Shown one piece after another: positions 62,675-64,000 of a DNA stretch of 64,000 nt. Each line of letters begins with the position of its first letter. Position 1 is the first letter of the stretch. Below the pieces are notes generated by a model. That model was not told the origin of the DNA, made no database searches, and saw only the letters and a program-made list of their open reading frames with translations. The DNA lies in NCBI GenBank assembly GCA_051313645.2, contig JBNRSN020000011.1:75764001-75828000 (forward strand), given 5' to 3'. This DNA is from Centroscyllium fabricii. Its lineage: Eukaryota. The position numbers were made by a program, and so were the translations under genes.

Positions 62675-63480
62675 GGGGGGGATTTTCATGTCCCCGTGAG
62701 GCGGGGTTTTCGGCGGCCCAGCCGGCAAAATAGCAGAACCGGCAGGTCCCACCCCTCCCCACCGTATCCCCGCCGCTTTCTCATTTTCGCCCGCCCAGAT
62801 TCCCCGCCCCAAAACTTTCCCGCCACCGACCGGCGGGGATGGGTTGTCACCTCGTTAAGGGCCCTTAATTGGCATCTCTCATGCCATTTTAAGGGCCCTC
62901 AGCCATTTTGCCCTGTTTTCCACCCTATCCCCGCCACCTGTGAAACCCAGCGGGAGCACAGTGCTGGTTATTACTTTTGGACTATAACCTGGTGTTGTGT
63001 GACATCTTGAATTTATTACTTTCTCCTTTAAGGTGTGAAGGACATGCTGCCAAATGCTGGGCATGACTCCAGCACCTTAGAGGAGTAAGTAATTCCGTTC
63101 TGGCTTCAGCAGCAGCTGTTAGCAGAAACTGAGAAATCTCAGTTCTGCACAGTGCCTGACAGCCGCTGCGAGCTGTGAGGGATTCGGAGCCCACCCACCC
63201 ACCTGTCAGTCACCAGCACTTGGCCTTTCTCATTGGCACACAGTGGAGTGTTTCCATGGGAACTGACAACAACCAGTGCTGGAACTGTCAATCAAAGTGC
63301 TCGCAGCCCCGCTGCAGCCTGACTCGATTGACCTAATTACCTCCCGCTGCCACCGACGGGGATTCAACAACCTAATTAAATTAAAATTGTGTGGCCTTCC
63401 CAGCTGTTTGGGTGGGCGGGACCGGAGGCCGCCCAGACCAATCCCCGCCAGTTTCCCACCCTTCCGGCAAAATCCCTCCC
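62675..63480. mobile_element. MITE (Harbinger-type) inserted into the PLE hammerhead
   Basis: TIR GGG(G/A)GGGATTTT; flanks AAC/AAA; removing it restores GAGTTAACGTTTCAGGTC. Confidence 0.8.
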
Positions 63481-63483
63481 AAA

Positions 63484-63513
63484 GTTTCAGGTCGGTGACC
63501 TTTCATCAGAACT
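63484..63513 (-). ncRNA. Minimal hammerhead ribozyme core of a Penelope-like element (3' part displaced by a MITE)
   Basis: Minus strand reads AGTT-CTGATGA-AAGGTCACCGACCT-GAAAC; the stem III/stem I remainder GTTAACT lies at 62668-62674. Confidence 0.75.
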
Positions 63514-64000
63514 GGAAAATGTTAGAGATGTAACAGGTTTTAAGCAAGAACAGAGATTCAGGGAAAGCAGGAGAGGTTGAATGACAAAAGGGATGATGGT
63601 GTAAGGCAAAAGGGAGGTGGTAATGGGACAAGAAAAGAACCAAAAGATGAGTCTAAAGGAGGTGCAAATGGGAAAATCAGAATCATCAACATCTGCCGAC
63701 TGAAAGAAATGGGGGCAGGGGTTATAGTCTGATATTGTTAAATTCAATGTTGAGTCCAGAAGGCTGCAAAGTGCCTAACCGAAAGAGGAGATGCTGTTCC
63801 TCAAGCTTATGTTGAGCTTCATTGGAACAGTGTAGTAGGCAGAGGACAGAGAGGTCAGAGTGGAGTGGAGCGTAGAATTAAAGTGATAGGCGACCGGAAG
63901 CTCGGGGTCACGCTTGCGGATTGAACAGAGGTTTTCCGCAAAGCAGTCACCCAATCTGCATTTGGTCTCCCCAATGTAGAGGAGACCGCATCATGAGCAG

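Larger units (their letters stand above)
62570..64000 (-). mobile_element. Penelope-like element 3' region (GIY-YIG C-terminus and terminal repeat), running off the window
   Basis: 63720-64000 aligns with 50447-50725; 62570-62674 aligns with 50070-50160. Confidence 0.88.

Noticed and set aside
30871-64000. Preceding hmcn1 exon (expected VVFVLTGDC...DKKQVNE)
   Set aside because: Not found by eye on the minus strand; it is probably beyond the window, and TBLASTN would settle it.

Overview
Vertebrate genomic DNA, most likely from a shark or other cartilaginous fish (inferred from the repeat content: HE1-like, SacSINE1/Deu-like and LF-like SINEs, CR1 with an esterase ORF1, Penelope-like elements). 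The window lies inside a hemicentin-1 (hmcn1) gene on the minus strand. Two coding exons are visible (30699-30870 and 1153-1259). The rest is intron packed with nested transposons: four full-length Gypsy LTR retrotransposons with LTR pairs and TSDs, two solo LTRs, CR1/Rex1/RTEX/L1/L2-type LINEs, Penelope-like elements with hammerhead motifs, a Harbinger transposon and many MITEs. The most striking observation concerns three related Gypsy elements (A 1375-10887, B 3963-8993 nested in A, C 23826-28277). All three lack a tRNA primer-binding site. Instead, the 12-14 nt just inside the 5' LTR are complementary to their own LTR poly(A)-signal region about 50 nt upstream, with compensatory changes between elements. 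All three also have YLDN instead of YxDD at the RT active site. This suggests a tRNA-independent self-priming and/or poly(A)-occluding LTR lineage with a non-canonical RT. Family names are recognised by eye; no database search was run.
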